Translations under genes and position numbers: made by a program
The notes under the pieces: model-generated
What the model was told of the DNA's origin: nothing
Seen by the model: the letters and a program-made list of their open reading frames with translations, nothing else
The model's database searches: none
NCBI GenBank assembly: GCA_003427395.1
Contig: BFEA01000034.1
Location: 662,042-726,041 of the forward strand
Length of the DNA: 64,000 nucleotides
Direction: 5' to 3'
Source of the DNA: Chara braunii
Taxonomy: Eukaryota; Plantae; Charophyceae
Part shown: piece by piece, positions 1 to 12,107 of the stretch
Layout: each line of letters opens with the position of its first letter
How positions within the stretch are numbered: the stretch's first letter is position 1

Positions 1-147
1 CAAAAAAAAACAAAAAAAACAAAAAAACAATATCACCATTATGAGCGCTGCGTTTGACCAAATTCCGCAGGAACTTGCTCCAGAAACAACAAAATAACTC
101 CAGAGTGGTGCCCGTAAGGCCAGGATTTCCCAGCCATTTTTCACGGG

Positions 148-1108
148 TGCAAGGAAAATGAGCAACAGCGAGATGACAATAACCAGAATGCACAATCACA
201 TTGAAAGCCAAATAGTATCTCAGTGTCCAAAAAGCAGCATTGCACCAATATAACACCAATGGAGAAGTTGTAACACTGAAAACCAATGTCAATGAGAGCT
301 TTCTCTCGCCACCACCAACAAAAGAGTCCAATCCCTTCTCCCTATTTGGCGCTCGGCGCCCAGCCTACTTCCTACACAGCTACTGTCTGCCTACTAATTG
401 ACAATGCAACTGTTGACGTCAATGGCCAACCAAGTACTTGAAGATGTCGCCCGATGCAGACCTTCGCCAATACAAGGTATGTGCCCTCACATCCTCCTCC
501 TCCTCCTCTCTCTCCCCTGACTTACTACACCCCTGCGCCTCCCTGTAGTCCAAGCCCATCCAGCTATGGAGGTTGCTCTATGGCGCTGCCCTCAACGGCG
601 TCGTACTTCATGCACGACCGCACGCGCTTGCACCTTGCCCTTAGCGCCAGCAGCAGCCCACGAGCGTCCACTACAGCAGCGCTGCCGCTAGCATGCAAGT
701 GCCTGAATGAGGACCAGGCACCGATCTCTTTCCTATATGGAAAGAGCCTGCCTCCCTCGACGGCTTGGCTGGCCTGGGCCTCTGCCCAGAATCTTCCGAT
801 AGGCCCCAAGAGGCTGTGCCTCTATTGCAGCTACTGGGCCTCGCTCGGTTGGGCCTCCCAACTGTCGATGTACGAGGCTGCGATTCTTGCCCAGGGCCTG
901 CATTTCAGGAAAGGCTTGGAAGGTTGTGGAATGTCTTCGCTGCTCGGCCTGTGTTTCCCTCGACCAACTGACGCGTCACAACTGCCTGAACCCCGATACG
1001 AATTTGACAGCAGAGAGCCTCTCGAGATTTGTTTGGCCCGCCTTCACTTAGGGCGAGCACTTCTGTAACAGGGCCCCCTTAGGCCTGCTGAGGACCCAGT
1101 TCCTCACA
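148..1108 (-). repeat. 3' LTR of element A
   Basis: Minus strand reads TGTGAGGAAC...TTCCTTGCA and follows the purine tract directly. Homologous to 9445-10436 and, inverted, to 53060-54080. Confidence 0.85.
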
Positions 1109-1118
1109 TTCCCTCCTT
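1109..1118 (-). promoter_or_regulatory. Polypurine tract of element A
   Basis: AAGGAGGGAA immediately 5' of the LTR TG on the minus strand. Confidence 0.7.
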
Positions 1119-1145
1119 AACTTCGGCAGTCCTCTGAGAAGTCTG

Positions 1146-4100
1146 CTAATCTGCAGGCATCTTCCCCTTAAGTTCTCCTTCATAGCCTGCAATAACTTGA
1201 GGTGCTGTTCTCAGGAGTTCTCTTGTAAACCACCAATCTTTGCTGGGATCTAGATCATTTCTGAATCTAACACGATATTGCATTCTCGGCTTAGGAGGGC
1301 AGCCTCTGCCAGGCAGTTTAGGCACTGGCATCCTTCGATGCTCCACGATTCCGTCGATGTCGAAGTGACCATCTATGGTTGGGGGCGGCATTGACCGTCT
1401 GGAGGGAAACTGTGCAGTCTCTGCGAAATGTGCCAGCTTTGAGATGTGAAAAATTTGATGTGTGCGGAGGTGAGGTGGGATGTGTATCACATACGAGGGT
1501 CCGTCCATCTTATCCCCTACTATGTCTTGGATCTCCCAAGGACCGAAATACTGTGGCATTAGTTTTCTAGAGATTCTCGTTTCCTGTCTCAGTTCAGATG
1601 ACTTTACCCATATTCTATCCCCTACCTAAAAGTTAAAAGGTCGTTTGTGTTTGTTCTCAGATGCAATCATAGCATCTTGAGATTTCCTGATGTGTTCAAC
1701 GGCCTGCTGCAGAATCTGTTCATATTTAACAGCGAATTTTATGCTGCCAGGTGCTGCATTTGACTGGTTCTCAAGCAGTAGGAAATCAAGGGCGGATCGG
1801 GGCTTCCAACCAAGATCGAGTTGGTTGGGAGTCATGCCAGTCATGCTATGTACAGCGTTGTTGTACAGGCTGGCGACGAGAGGTAGTTTCTCGTCCCAAT
1901 CATCCTGGCTTGGCTTGATGTAATGCCTTAGCAGGTGCTGCACTACTCGGTTCATTTGTTCCACCTGTCCATTTGACTCGGGTGATTCCCTGATGTCATT
2001 TGCAATCGGGTGCCCATTTGTTGGGCCACGTTTTGCCACAGTTCGCTACGATGGACTTGGGAAAAGCAAAGTCCCGCACCCAGTTACCCATAAACATGTT
2101 GATGACATGCTCAGTTTTTGGCGACTTTTTGTTCTCTCTGGCATGGCAATTAGTCGGGCATACTTGGAAAACCAGTCAACTACAATGAAGATGTGTCATT
2201 TTCCATCATTGCTGGTCACCAGGGTAACCATAAAATCCATGGACACACTTTGACCGGGACCTTCAGGAATCGGCAAGGGGTTGATGAGCCAGAGCGGAGC
2301 CGGAGTCCTAGGTTGGTCCTGTTGGCAAACCTGGCAAGTTTCCACATACTTCTTTGCATCTTGCATCATAGAAGGCCACCAGAATTTTTGCACTAAGTTA
2401 GCTGATGTTTTCCTATAACCAAAATGACCAGTTGCATCATGACATTCTCCTAGAAACAAACTACGCAAAGACTTGCTATCTGGGACAACCTTTTATCCTT
2501 TGCCTTCTCAAGAAACAAGCCATCTACCATCGTGAATTCGTTACAAGTTCATTTATCCTTCTCTTGAAATCTACGAATGATCTCAAACATAATTGGATCT
2601 TGCTGATAGGCCTCCACCAAAGATCGAGTTAGATCGTTAGATATGCCAAAATTCAATGACTAGCGCGCGCAGATAATCTGCCCGACGTGATAGTGCATCA
2701 GCCTTGTTATACTCTCCCTTTATTGGATCAAGTTGATAGTCATACATGTCTATCACTTGAATCCGTCGCTCGAGTGCGTCATAGAGAACGGGTTGTGTCT
2801 TGATCCAGCGCAAAGTCTCATGGTCAGACCTCAAGTATAAGAATCTGCCTAGGAGATAATGTTTCCAGTGGACCAACGCTCTATAGAGGACATAAAGCTC
2901 CCGCTCATACATGGACTTTGCTATCTTTTGCGATGGCATTTTTTGGCTCATGTACTCAATGCCTCAACCATATGTGCAAGGGCCGCGCCTATGCCATATT
3001 GGCTGGCGTCTGTGGTCACTACAAATGGCTTCTCAAGGTCGGGAAGTTTGAGAACTTCATAGAGTGTTAGAGCATACTTCAATTTCTTGAAGCTCGCTTC
3101 ACACTCTTCAGTCCAGTCCCAAGGGGTGTCAAGGCGAGTTAGGTCAGTTACTGGGGAAGCTATAGTACTATAGTTCAAAACATACGGTAATAGCCCGTCA
3201 TCCCCAAAAATGACCGGACCGTAGTAACAGTCCGAGGTCTGGGTCAGTGGCCACGTTAGCATCGTCCGACCTCAACCCATCCGCGGAGATTTCATAACCC
3301 AAGTACAAGTTTACCCTATATTGATGCTGTCTTATGAGACCTAGCACTATTTTCAAGTGCTCAGCCTGCTCCTCTACAGTCTTACTAAAGATAAGTATGT
3401 CGACGAGGTACACGACGATAAAGTTGTCTAAGTAATCATAAAAAATCCTATTCATTTCGTGCTGGAATGTTCTAGGGGCATTGCATAGGCCAAAGGGCAT
3501 CACCACAAACTCATACAGAATGTACCTGGTCTGAAAGGCAATTTTGTGTTCGTCCTCTGATCTCATAGCAATTTGATGGTATCGAGACTTCAGACCTATC
3601 TTTGTGAAGTACCAGCATCCCTGCACTCTATCCAGTAGGTTGTCAATGCGGGGTAAGCGCTCCACATTCTTTACGGTGATGGCATCGAGGCCCCTCTAAT
3701 CAATGCACATCCTTAGGGTACCTCCCTTCTTAGGAACAAATAATACTGGCACATCGTAAGGCGAGGTACTAGGCCAAATCCATCCCTTCTCTGTGAGCTC
3801 TTGGAGCTGGCGGCGGAGCTCATCCAACTCCGCAGGAGACATCCTATAGATCCCTCCTCTAGGCACCTTACTACTTGGGACAACCTCTATAGCATGGACC
3901 ACCTCCATTTCCAACACGCCTATGGGCTCCTCAAAAAGGTCGAAATACTGAGCGACGATGGATTCTATCTCTGGGATGATTTTACGGTCTCCCCTTTCTC
4001 AGAGACAGACTAGATACATTCCTTCCTCGCAACTCTGCTTATAGTAGTTATAGATGGCAGATGCACACATGCACCCGTAGTTTTCCACTAGACTGCTAGC

Positions 4101-4500
4101 TTTGAACTTCTGCAGTCTAACGGTTCTACCGTTGGGCAACTTGTAGATCAATACATTTATATCCCAATCAAACTGAGGTTGAGCGACCTCGAGGTAGTAC
4201 ATACCTAGCAGCATGTCAAACGGCAATTTGTCGATGACAACGAATGAGATTTTATGGCTCACTTCCCCTCCTCCATAGGAAAAGGTGCAAACTAGTCCTT
4301 CACATAGTCTTGGACAACCATGCGGCGCTTGTTAGCTAGCGTCGATGCTACAAATCTGCTAAGCCGTTGCACTTGGTCCCCTAAGCGCAACCCATCCACA
4401 CAAGCACGACTGCTGAAGTTTCGTGTAGAGCCTATGTCTGCAAAGGCACCCACTTTGCGGCCACCTACATCAACCTCTACCACAAAATGTTCACCCCTAG
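1146..4500 (-). pseudogene. pol of element A (protease-RT-RNaseH-integrase-chromodomain), fragmented by stops and frameshifts
   Basis: Motifs: AFADIGSTRNF (protease); YRMSPAELDELRRQL, YEFVVMPFGLCNAP, VVYLVDILIFS (RT); PFVVTTDASQYGIGA (RNase H); HDATGHFG...CQVC, SVSMDF, NGQVEQMNR (integrase); FDIDGIVEHR...QYRVRF (chromodomain-like). Confidence 0.9.
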
Positions 4501-5314
4501 GACCTTATCATCGCCCAAGAGCCTCCGAGGTCCTTCCCTGACCGCTCAGTTTGTAACTCTTCTAGGTAATCATACACATCTCTCGAACAGAGCATCGGTG
4601 AGTCTGAACGTGTGTCTGCGGGGCGATGGATGGGTCACTAACCTTGGCCAACGCCTGAAGTGGGGAAGGGAACGTTATCACTTCAGCACGAGTAAGAGCG
4701 GCTAACACTCCTACTGGCCCAAGGTATTTCCCTGCGAAGTGCTCATAGAAGAACTGCCAGGGTTTGAAGATAAGCCCACCACTGTTGGAAAGGCTACCTT
4801 CGTTGCGGCTTGCTTGCCTCGGCAAGTTCTAGACGTGTGGCCATAATTTCCACAGTTCATACACGTGCCCCTAGCAACTCGGTCTCTCCACACCTCCTAA
4901 TCTAAACCGAGTTTTACCCATGCGGGTGTTCCTTGGTCGCCCTCACCCATGGACCGGCCTACCTTTTGCGTCCCGGTCCCCCTAGCTTTTTCTTTGATAG
5001 GCGCCACGACTCCCCCATCCGAAGTCTCATTGGCCCCATACTGCTCTGGCGCTTCCCCATGGTATGGGAAGTCGTCAATGTCAGTTGCCTGACCATCATG
5101 GTCAACAAACACGAGTTGACCTTTCTTCGTCCAATCTTGGGGAAGTCTCTTCTTCCTACCATCTGCCTGACTCTAAAAAGCGGACCCAAGCTTAGCCTCT
5201 ATGTCTAAGGCTTTCTTGTTGAATGATTCAAAGTTATGTTGGTCAATATAGGCCTCGTCCACCAGCTTAATTTTGACATCTTTGGGCAAACATCTCAAAT
5301 AATCTGTGAGTACT

Positions 5315-5761
5315 TGACAATGGTGTAAGGTGATTCAACCATCGACGTCAAATAACAAATTTATTTTTGTTATGTGTTATTTTATAAATTTCTGTTAGTT
5401 TACGGAGAGCACGACTTTGAAATAACAATTTTGCATTTTGACTATAACCATTTTTTTCAGAAGGTACCGAAGGTGATATTTCTTGCAATGGACTAGCCTT
5501 CAATAGAAAATATTCTTCTTGAATTTCGCTATGTCGAATAAAGAATCTCGCATTCTTGTTGAATGTTTTGAGTGAACCATCACCCAGAAGAGATCCTAAA
5601 ATAATTGCTTGTTTTTACTCTTATATGTGGTATTCATGCTCGTTCCATTCTTGGATTGAGATCTACAGACCCTTGAAAAACTAGTTTCTTATTACCTTTA
5701 ATTCGTTTTTGTACTTCATATCAAACTGAGGACGAAGCTATGACTTTGTTCACGGGATATC
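5315..5761 (-). pseudogene. Organelle-derived LAGLIDADG homing endonuclease fragment (probable NUMT of a group I intron ORF)
   Basis: AT-rich 447-bp island. Minus strand translates IILGSLLGDGSLKTFNKNARFFIRHSEIQEEYF...LFQSRALRKLTEIYKITH...RRWLNHLTPLS. TACT lies on both sides (5311-5314, 5762-5765) and gag continues on either side. Confidence 0.85.
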
Positions 5762-5980
5762 TACTCTTGTGGGTCATAGCACACACCAGGCACATCAATC
5801 AAACGTTCTACGGCGTTTGTGACCTCGCGTACAGTCTGATACCTTTTGGAACACAAATTGTTGATCGTGTCAGTGGCCTTCTAAGCCCTTTGAGGGTCAT
5901 GCCACCTATTGTACACAGTCCGTACGAAGTCTTCCATCGTAATTCTGACCATAGCCCTGTTGCTGTACTAACCCATTTAA

Positions 5981-7084
5981 ACCACCACTCCCCCGACAGC
6001 TGAAAATGGCCATTCCGATGAGTTAGGGCCGCATTCGGGGGGAGGTCGCCGACCGTGGTGTCAGTAGTGAAGTGGCCGTCAGGGAAGAAACTTTGCTTTT
6101 CCCTTTGGACCCTTGTGGTGGCCGGCGCCGTAGAGCCCGCAATCTACACAATTGAATTTGTTGAATAAATCGATCGTTGGAGCATCGCAAGATACATGTC
6201 CATTTGATTCACAGCTCATGAAAGTTGCAAAAAAAAATTAAAAAAAATAAAAAAAAAGAATCTATCCAGATACAACTCCGGCCTTTCTTAGGTAAGAGTT
6301 GTGGCAGCGTGAAGGATCCAGATCACACCGTAGATTCCTGGATTTGACGGCAAGATAATCATTGTGCAAGGTTCCTGCTCGCAGGAAGTTAAAATTTTCA
6401 GATAAAAAAACAAAAAAGGATGCCAAACTACGGCCAACTCCAAAGACTTCATCGATGCTATCTAGCAGCTGGAGGATGGACGATCTACGGTTGAAGATGC
6501 TGCCACCTTTGACTATTCCACCTTGTGTCGTGAATGTTCCATGAAGGATCTATCTTTTTCACAAAAAAGAAAAAAGAAAAACGAAGGATACACTTTCATT
6601 TTTTTTTAGTTTTTTTTTCACTACATTATTTTTGTCTCCTGTGCATGTGGTAACTGGTGGATCCAGGCCCTTCGCTGGTGGATTGGGGGCAAGGTCCCAC
6701 GAGCCAAATGGACGTGTTCAATCTTGATTTTCTGCACCATTCCTACAAAGACGTCCAGATGCAGGCATTCAATCCAATCCTCTTTGCGAGTGGGACCTCC
6801 GTAACTGATGTCTAGAACATGGCGTCACAAAAAAATAAAAAAGAACTTCAACAACAAGAAAAAAAGAAAAAAAGAAAAAAAACGTCAGAACGATTTCGTA
6901 GCGCCGCCAAAGTGGCTAAAACTGAAATCAGACCACTCCGAGATCAGCTCAAAATGTCGCCTGGGACACTAGCTTCCTTGGAGAGACTGGGCCAGCAGGC
7001 ACAGCTACCGGTAGTCTGCATACTGATTCCATATTTCTGCCTACCGGCCCCCCCTTACTTTAGGCTGCGGGAGGTAGCCGTGGT
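5981..7084. mobile_element. Non-autonomous TTAA-targeting DNA element (ACCAC...GTGGT termini)
   Basis: TTAA at 5977-5980 and 7085-7088, with imperfect TIRs. Removing the element plus one TTAA restores gag codons GCA GCA CGT TGG TTA AAT GGG (AARWLNG). Confidence 0.85.
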
Positions 7085-9419
7085 TTAACCAACGTGCTGC
7101 CGATCCCTCTAAAAAGGAGGCAGCCACTATGACTTCCTGTTCTGGCCTTGTGAGCTTGTGCCTCACATAAGTGGGCACAGTCCTCACCTAGGTGTCCAGG
7201 TCTTCTTCCTTCTTGTCGCCAGAGAAGGGCTTAGGACTCAACAAGGGGATCTTGGGCATCCACTGCATAGGCTGGATTGGCCCAGGTGTTTACTGCAATG
7301 GTTGCATAGCCACTCAGACAGGTTCCTGCATGCTAGCCTGCGGCTGTCTTGACAATGGCACTGTAGCTGCCACCGTCCTCGATGGTCCGGGAGAAGTGCT
7401 CAGAACCCGACCACTAACAACTAGTTGTCCGCCTGAGAGACATGCCATATATAATCGAAAAGGATGGCCCTATCGGCGACGACGTCACTGAAGGACCTGC
7501 AACCGAAGGGGGAACTACAGAGAACTGGGGCTGCCTCATGATTGGACGAGGTCCCTGAAATGCAGCCAGGATTCGCTTCTGGCCTACCACTAGTTCAGCC
7601 AACAGTTCCTGCTGAGCTTCCTTCGTTTCTGCCACACAAAGTAGCGAGTTACGCAGCGACCGATCAATAAGATTCGATGTAGCATCATCTAGTTCTTCAA
7701 GCCATTTTAGCTCCTGCAACCTAGTGCCTAACCTGACTTTTCTCAATCTAGCCCTTTCTCTTCTCTCTTCTACTTCTCTCAGTTGCCGCTGCAATTCATC
7801 ATGAAGAGCTTCCGCTTGGAGGAACTCGTAATCCTCCGGCATGAGTGGGGGTTGCTGGCTGACTTGCAAACCAACAGTCTGACTTATGGAGCATTGGGTA
7901 CTCTGACTGAATCCTGAGGAAGAGGCCTGAGAAGAGGCCTGTGACATGGTAGAGGAGGTAGCCATAGTCGCACCTGTGCTAGCTATTCTCCTAGCCCTGG
8001 CGGTGGCCTCAGCTTCCCTCGTCCTCCGCAATGCCACCCTCTCCCTAGCTTCTCTCCACAGCCTCCTTTCCTCTCTTGGACCTAACTCTAGGAAGGTCAA
8101 AGGTCGACTGAGAGCAGTTCTACAAGTAACCTTAAGATCCTCCACTAACTCCTCACTACTGGCAGCTTCACTCATGAGCTACACTGGAGTGTGATCTAAA
8201 CTAGAATCCACACTGAATCCTACCTTAGCCTGACACCCAACCAAGTAAGAATAATCAATGCATCTCGGTCAGCCTGGACAAAATAGTAAAGCGGTAACCA
8301 ATAACTAGTGTCAGATCCTACAGGCAACACTATTTCTATTTTTAGATTACTCTAGAACAGTTTACATGCAGCATAGAATAAACTAAATTATCTGCAGCTG
8401 TCTATAAGTTGTCAGACAAGTCCGTAACAACTAAATAATAAAAAATATAAATAAGCTACCTGTTGAGATGCATGTTGGATGGCAGTTTATCTAATTAATG
8501 CCACCGCGAACAGCTACCAAAATCCCCCCCTCCCCCTGTATCCTTCTTGAGTAGTCACTTTGTGTCAACGCCTTGAGCATCTTGTTGAGCGGCGTGTCTG
8601 AAGGTGTGCAATCCGGCCCACCCCTGTGCCCCAAGTTTATGCCGAACTTGCCAGCCCCTGCGCGTTGTTTACCCTCACATGCAAAGAGCCTTACTTCCGG
8701 ATTGATCTGGCTATCAAGAGGCAGTTTAAAGACATCCCCCAAGGTCCTCAATAATTATTTGACGTCGCAGACAGGACAATGATCACAGCCAGGGTTCAAC
8801 ACCGGAACCCGCCAGAAATATTTAGAGACGGTCTGATAAGCGTTTGTTCAAAGGGCTGGCAAGCCCTGCATGACCTCTATTGCGCAGCACCAGAACCAAG
8901 GACTTGCGGCAAGGCATGTGTGTACTAGTCCCAACGGGTTGGCATGGTGACCTGGGCCCTTCAGAGGCTTTGCCCGTCTCCCACCAGCTTGCTGCTCGCT
9001 GCCAAGGAAGAATGTCAACCCTCAAGGTTGAGCGCTCGCGACAACTCACATTGAGAGGACTCTCAAGACAGAACTCACTTCCTAACGGTAAGAAGTAACG
9101 AGGAGGGTAGATAAGGAAGAGAGCAAAGTACGTCATACTGCTGCCGCCAGCCACAGATTTCTCACCGGCAACCTGATGTGCATTTATGATGACCGATCTC
9201 TGCCCCGGCACAACCAACATCGTAATGTCGTTCCACCTCGGCTGAAATGCCAGATCAGCGAGCTCTCATCACCCAGCATACACCCCTAATGTCACCACAT
9301 AGCTTCCTGGCACGCCCACACGACCCTGGGCTGCCTTTTGTCCAACGCCCAAGCCTTATCACTGCCCCACACCTCATGTGAAGCACCGAACAGCTATTGT
9401 GAAAGACCAATGAAGCGCA

Positions 9420-9441
9420 GTTCGAACCAGCTCCGATACCA
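9420..9441 (-). promoter_or_regulatory. Primer binding site (tRNA-iMet-like) of element A
   Basis: TGGTATCGGAGCTGGTTCGAAC 3 nt after the 5' LTR. It resembles the plant iMet PBS TGGTATCAGAGC. Confidence 0.8.
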
Positions 9442-9444
9442 AAT

Positions 9445-10436
9445 TACAACGAAAATGAGCAACAGCGAGATGACAATAACCAGAATGCACAATCACATTG
9501 AAAGCCCGATAGCATCTCACTGTCCAGAAAGCAGCACTGCACCAATATAACACCAATGGAGAATTCGTAACACTAAAAACCAATGTCAATAAGAGCTTTC
9601 TCTCGCCACCACCAACATAAGAGTCCAGTCCCTTCTCCCTACTTGGCGCTCGGCGCTTCGCCTACTTCCTACACAGCTACTGTCTGCCTACTAATTGACA
9701 ATGCAACTGTTGACGTCAGCGGCCAATGAAGCACTTGAAGATGTCGCCCGATGCAGACCTTCGTCAATACCGGGTATGTGCCCTCACATCCTCCTCCTCC
9801 TCCTCCTCTCTCTCCCCTAACTTATTCCCACGTCCTCCCTCTGTACACCTGAAGAACACCCCTGCGCCCCACTGTAGTCCAGGCCCATCCAGCTATGGAG
9901 GCTGGGCTATGGTGCTGCCCTCAGCAGCGCCCTGGTTCTTGCACGACCGCATGCACTTGCACCATGCCCTTCGCGCCAGCAGCAGCCCACGAGCGTCCAC
10001 TCCAGCAGCGCTGCCGCTAGCATGCAAGTGCCTGAATGAGGACCAGGCAGCGAGCTCTTTCCTATATGGAAAGAGCCTGCCTCACTTGGCGGCTTGGCTG
10101 GCCTGGGCCTCTGCCCAGAAGCTTCCGGTAGGCCCCAGGAGGCTGTGCCTCTGTTGCAGCTACTGGGCCTCATTCGGTTGGGCCTCCCAACTGTCGGTGT
10201 ATGAGGCTGCGATTCTTGCCCAGAGCCTGCATTTCAGGAAAGGCCTGCAAGGCCATGGAATGTCTTCGGTGGTCGGCCTGTGTTTCCCTCAACCAACTGG
10301 CGCATCAGAACTGCCTGGACCCAAATACGAATTTGACAGCAGAGGGCCTCTCGAGATTTGTTAGGCCCGCCTTCATTAGGGTGGGCACTTCTGTAACAGG
10401 GCCCCCTTAGGCCTGCTGAGGACCCAGTTCCTCGCA
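9445..10436 (-). repeat. 5' LTR of element A
   Basis: TGCGAGGAAC...TTCGTTGTA (terminal CA decayed to TA). Aligns with 148-1108 with many transitions and one ~29-bp indel. Confidence 0.85.
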
Positions 10437-10785
10437 CTGGTACCTTTTTTGTTTTTGGGTCCATAAACCCCAATAACCCCACCAACACCCCCAATATCCA
10501 CCAACACCCCCAATAAACCCCAATAACCCCACCAACACCCCCAATAAACCCCAATAACCCCACCAATAAACCCCAATAACCCCACCAACACCCTCATACC
10601 TCTCCCCCCCCCATCCCCAAAAGTTTCTCAGGGGATTTGGGCTGTACTCGGCAAGCGCAGTAAAGATTTGAAAAACAAATCAGTGGATGGCTGTTTTCTG
10701 AGTGGTCAGCATACCGCCAACCGGTCGGCGCTACCAGTCGGCTGCAAAACAGTGGGCCGTCGGGGTCGGCAGGTATGCAACCCTG
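10437..10785 (+). mobile_element. Right half of hAT-like MITE (same family as 18942-19437 and 51332-52925)
   Basis: Shares AAAGTTTCTCAG.GGATTTGGGCTGTACTC...AAGCGCAGTA, the CCCCAATAA array and the terminal TGCAACCCTG. The left end is absent. Confidence 0.7.
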
Positions 10786-10829
10786 CTGGACAGCCAGCCT
10801 CCTCCGGGTTGTGTGTACCGCAAGGGACA

Positions 10830-11260
10830 GCAAAACAAAGAACTGCAAAGGGAGATCCAGGAATTGATTGATAAAGGGTGGAACAGACCTAGTGAGTACG
10901 AGTATGGAGCTTATAGAAATCTGAGTTCAGGAAAGAGATCATTATCTATCTTGAACACAGGATCTCCACTGCGCGTCATAAACTGGTAGAGGGAATGTAG
11001 AGGCTATCATCTCATGATCTCGAGCAGCAAACGTATGTGGTCACCGGCTATTCGTGGCATTATTATCCTATCGCAAGTTTGTCCCAAACTGCTCAGCAAT
11101 AACGTGACCTTCAGTTTGTCCCAAGAATGCTTGTTTTTTTTTCTTCGAATGAAGAATGTGAGACTGCAAAAGTTGAAGGCATTTGTGAGTTATCCAATCC
11201 TTCTCATCGTTGATCCCAGTCTACCTTTTGTTCTGACCACTGAGGCAAGCCAGTTTGGAC
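10830..11260 (+). pseudogene. Heavily deleted Gypsy pol relic (RT/RNase H)
   Basis: KELQREIQELIDKGWNRPS..YGA and LQKLKAFVSYPILLIVDPSLPFVLTTEASQFG. Confidence 0.65.
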
Positions 11261-11477
11261 TCGTTTTTAGGGGGTCCTCTTGGTATTTTTTCGAGTGATT
11301 GCCATGTGTTTCTGTTTGAACTCGGTTGTTGTTTTTGAAGGTTTTTTGAAGATTTTTTCTCTCGGATTGATAATCTGTCATACGGCTGACAGGCCTTTAC
11401 GTACTAGTTCTGTTGACGGCTGGCTCTGTGGCCTGGATTCTGACGACGTGGTATTTTTTTGAGAAGATGTGTTGAGC

Positions 11478-11625
11478 TTGCTAGCGTGTGTTGTAGCTTC
11501 TGGATTGACGGCCGGCTCTGTGGCCTGGTTTCTGACGAATTGGTACTGTGTTGAGCCTTCTTGGCTGGCGTGTGTTGTAGCTTCTAGAATGACGGCCGGC
11601 TCTGTGGCCTGGTTTCCGGCGAATC
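11478..11625. repeat. ~84-bp tandem duplication
   Basis: Two copies of GCGTGTGTTGTAGCTTCT.GA.TGACGGCCGGCTCTGTGGCCTGGTTTC.G.CGAAT, with a partial third copy near 11415. Confidence 0.75.
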
Positions 11626-11963
11626 TGTGTTTTTTTACTACAATGTTGGGTCTTTTTGCTGGCGCATTTAAATAGCTTCTGAACTTGTTTTTGCGCTTAT
11701 GGACGGCTTTGGTGCTTTTTTTTATGAGGTTTTGAACTGTGGTCAAGTAATGAAAATAACCGTCGTTTTTTTTCAGTCCATCAGTGGCCGGGACCGATGT
11801 GTTTGGTAGTTTTTCTGGATGACTAAGATGTATCGGGACTAAGTTTTTTGGTACCGTACTTGGCTATTTTTGGTAGCTTAGACTGACTAGTGAAGTGGGC
11901 GGCTTCTAAGTGTTTGTTCCTGTGTAGAACTCGAGTATATAGGCAATAGTCTCGATGTCTGTC

Positions 11964-12107
11964 CTACCGACTTCAGACCCCTGATGATCCTGGTGGGCGG
12001 CCAGGTGAAACTGGTAGGGTCCTACGCCATGCGGACTACCGACTTCAGACCCCTGATGATCCTGGTGGGCGGCCAGGTGAAACCGGTAGGGTCCTACGCC
12101 ATGCGGA
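11964..12107. repeat. 72-bp tandem duplication
   Basis: Two near-identical copies of CTACCGACTTCAGACCCCTGATGATCC...GCCATGCGGA. Confidence 0.85.

Larger units (their letters stand above)
4711..8175 (-). pseudogene. gag of element A, split by two insertions
   Basis: 253-aa coiled-coil N-terminal ORF (7414-8175). Capsid-like segments AARWLNGLV, EDFVRTVYNRWHDPQ and LTDYLRCLPKDVKIKL. Zinc knuckle CMNCGNYGHTSRTC at about 4822-4863. Confidence 0.8.
148..10436 (-). mobile_element. Ty3/Gypsy chromovirus-type LTR retrotransposon A, decayed, with two nested inserts
   Basis: Two direct ~1-kb LTRs (148-1108, 9445-10436), a tRNA-Met-like PBS and a PPT. The minus strand carries gag, zinc knuckle, protease, RT, RNase H, integrase and chromodomain fragments in Gypsy order. 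The flanking 5-mers (ACGGG/CTGGT) do not match. Confidence 0.9.

Noticed and set aside
8495-8540. Alternative PBS/LTR boundary for element A (G-tract followed by TGGTAGC)
   Set aside because: LTR homology ends at 9445 and a better iMet-like PBS lies at 9420-9441.
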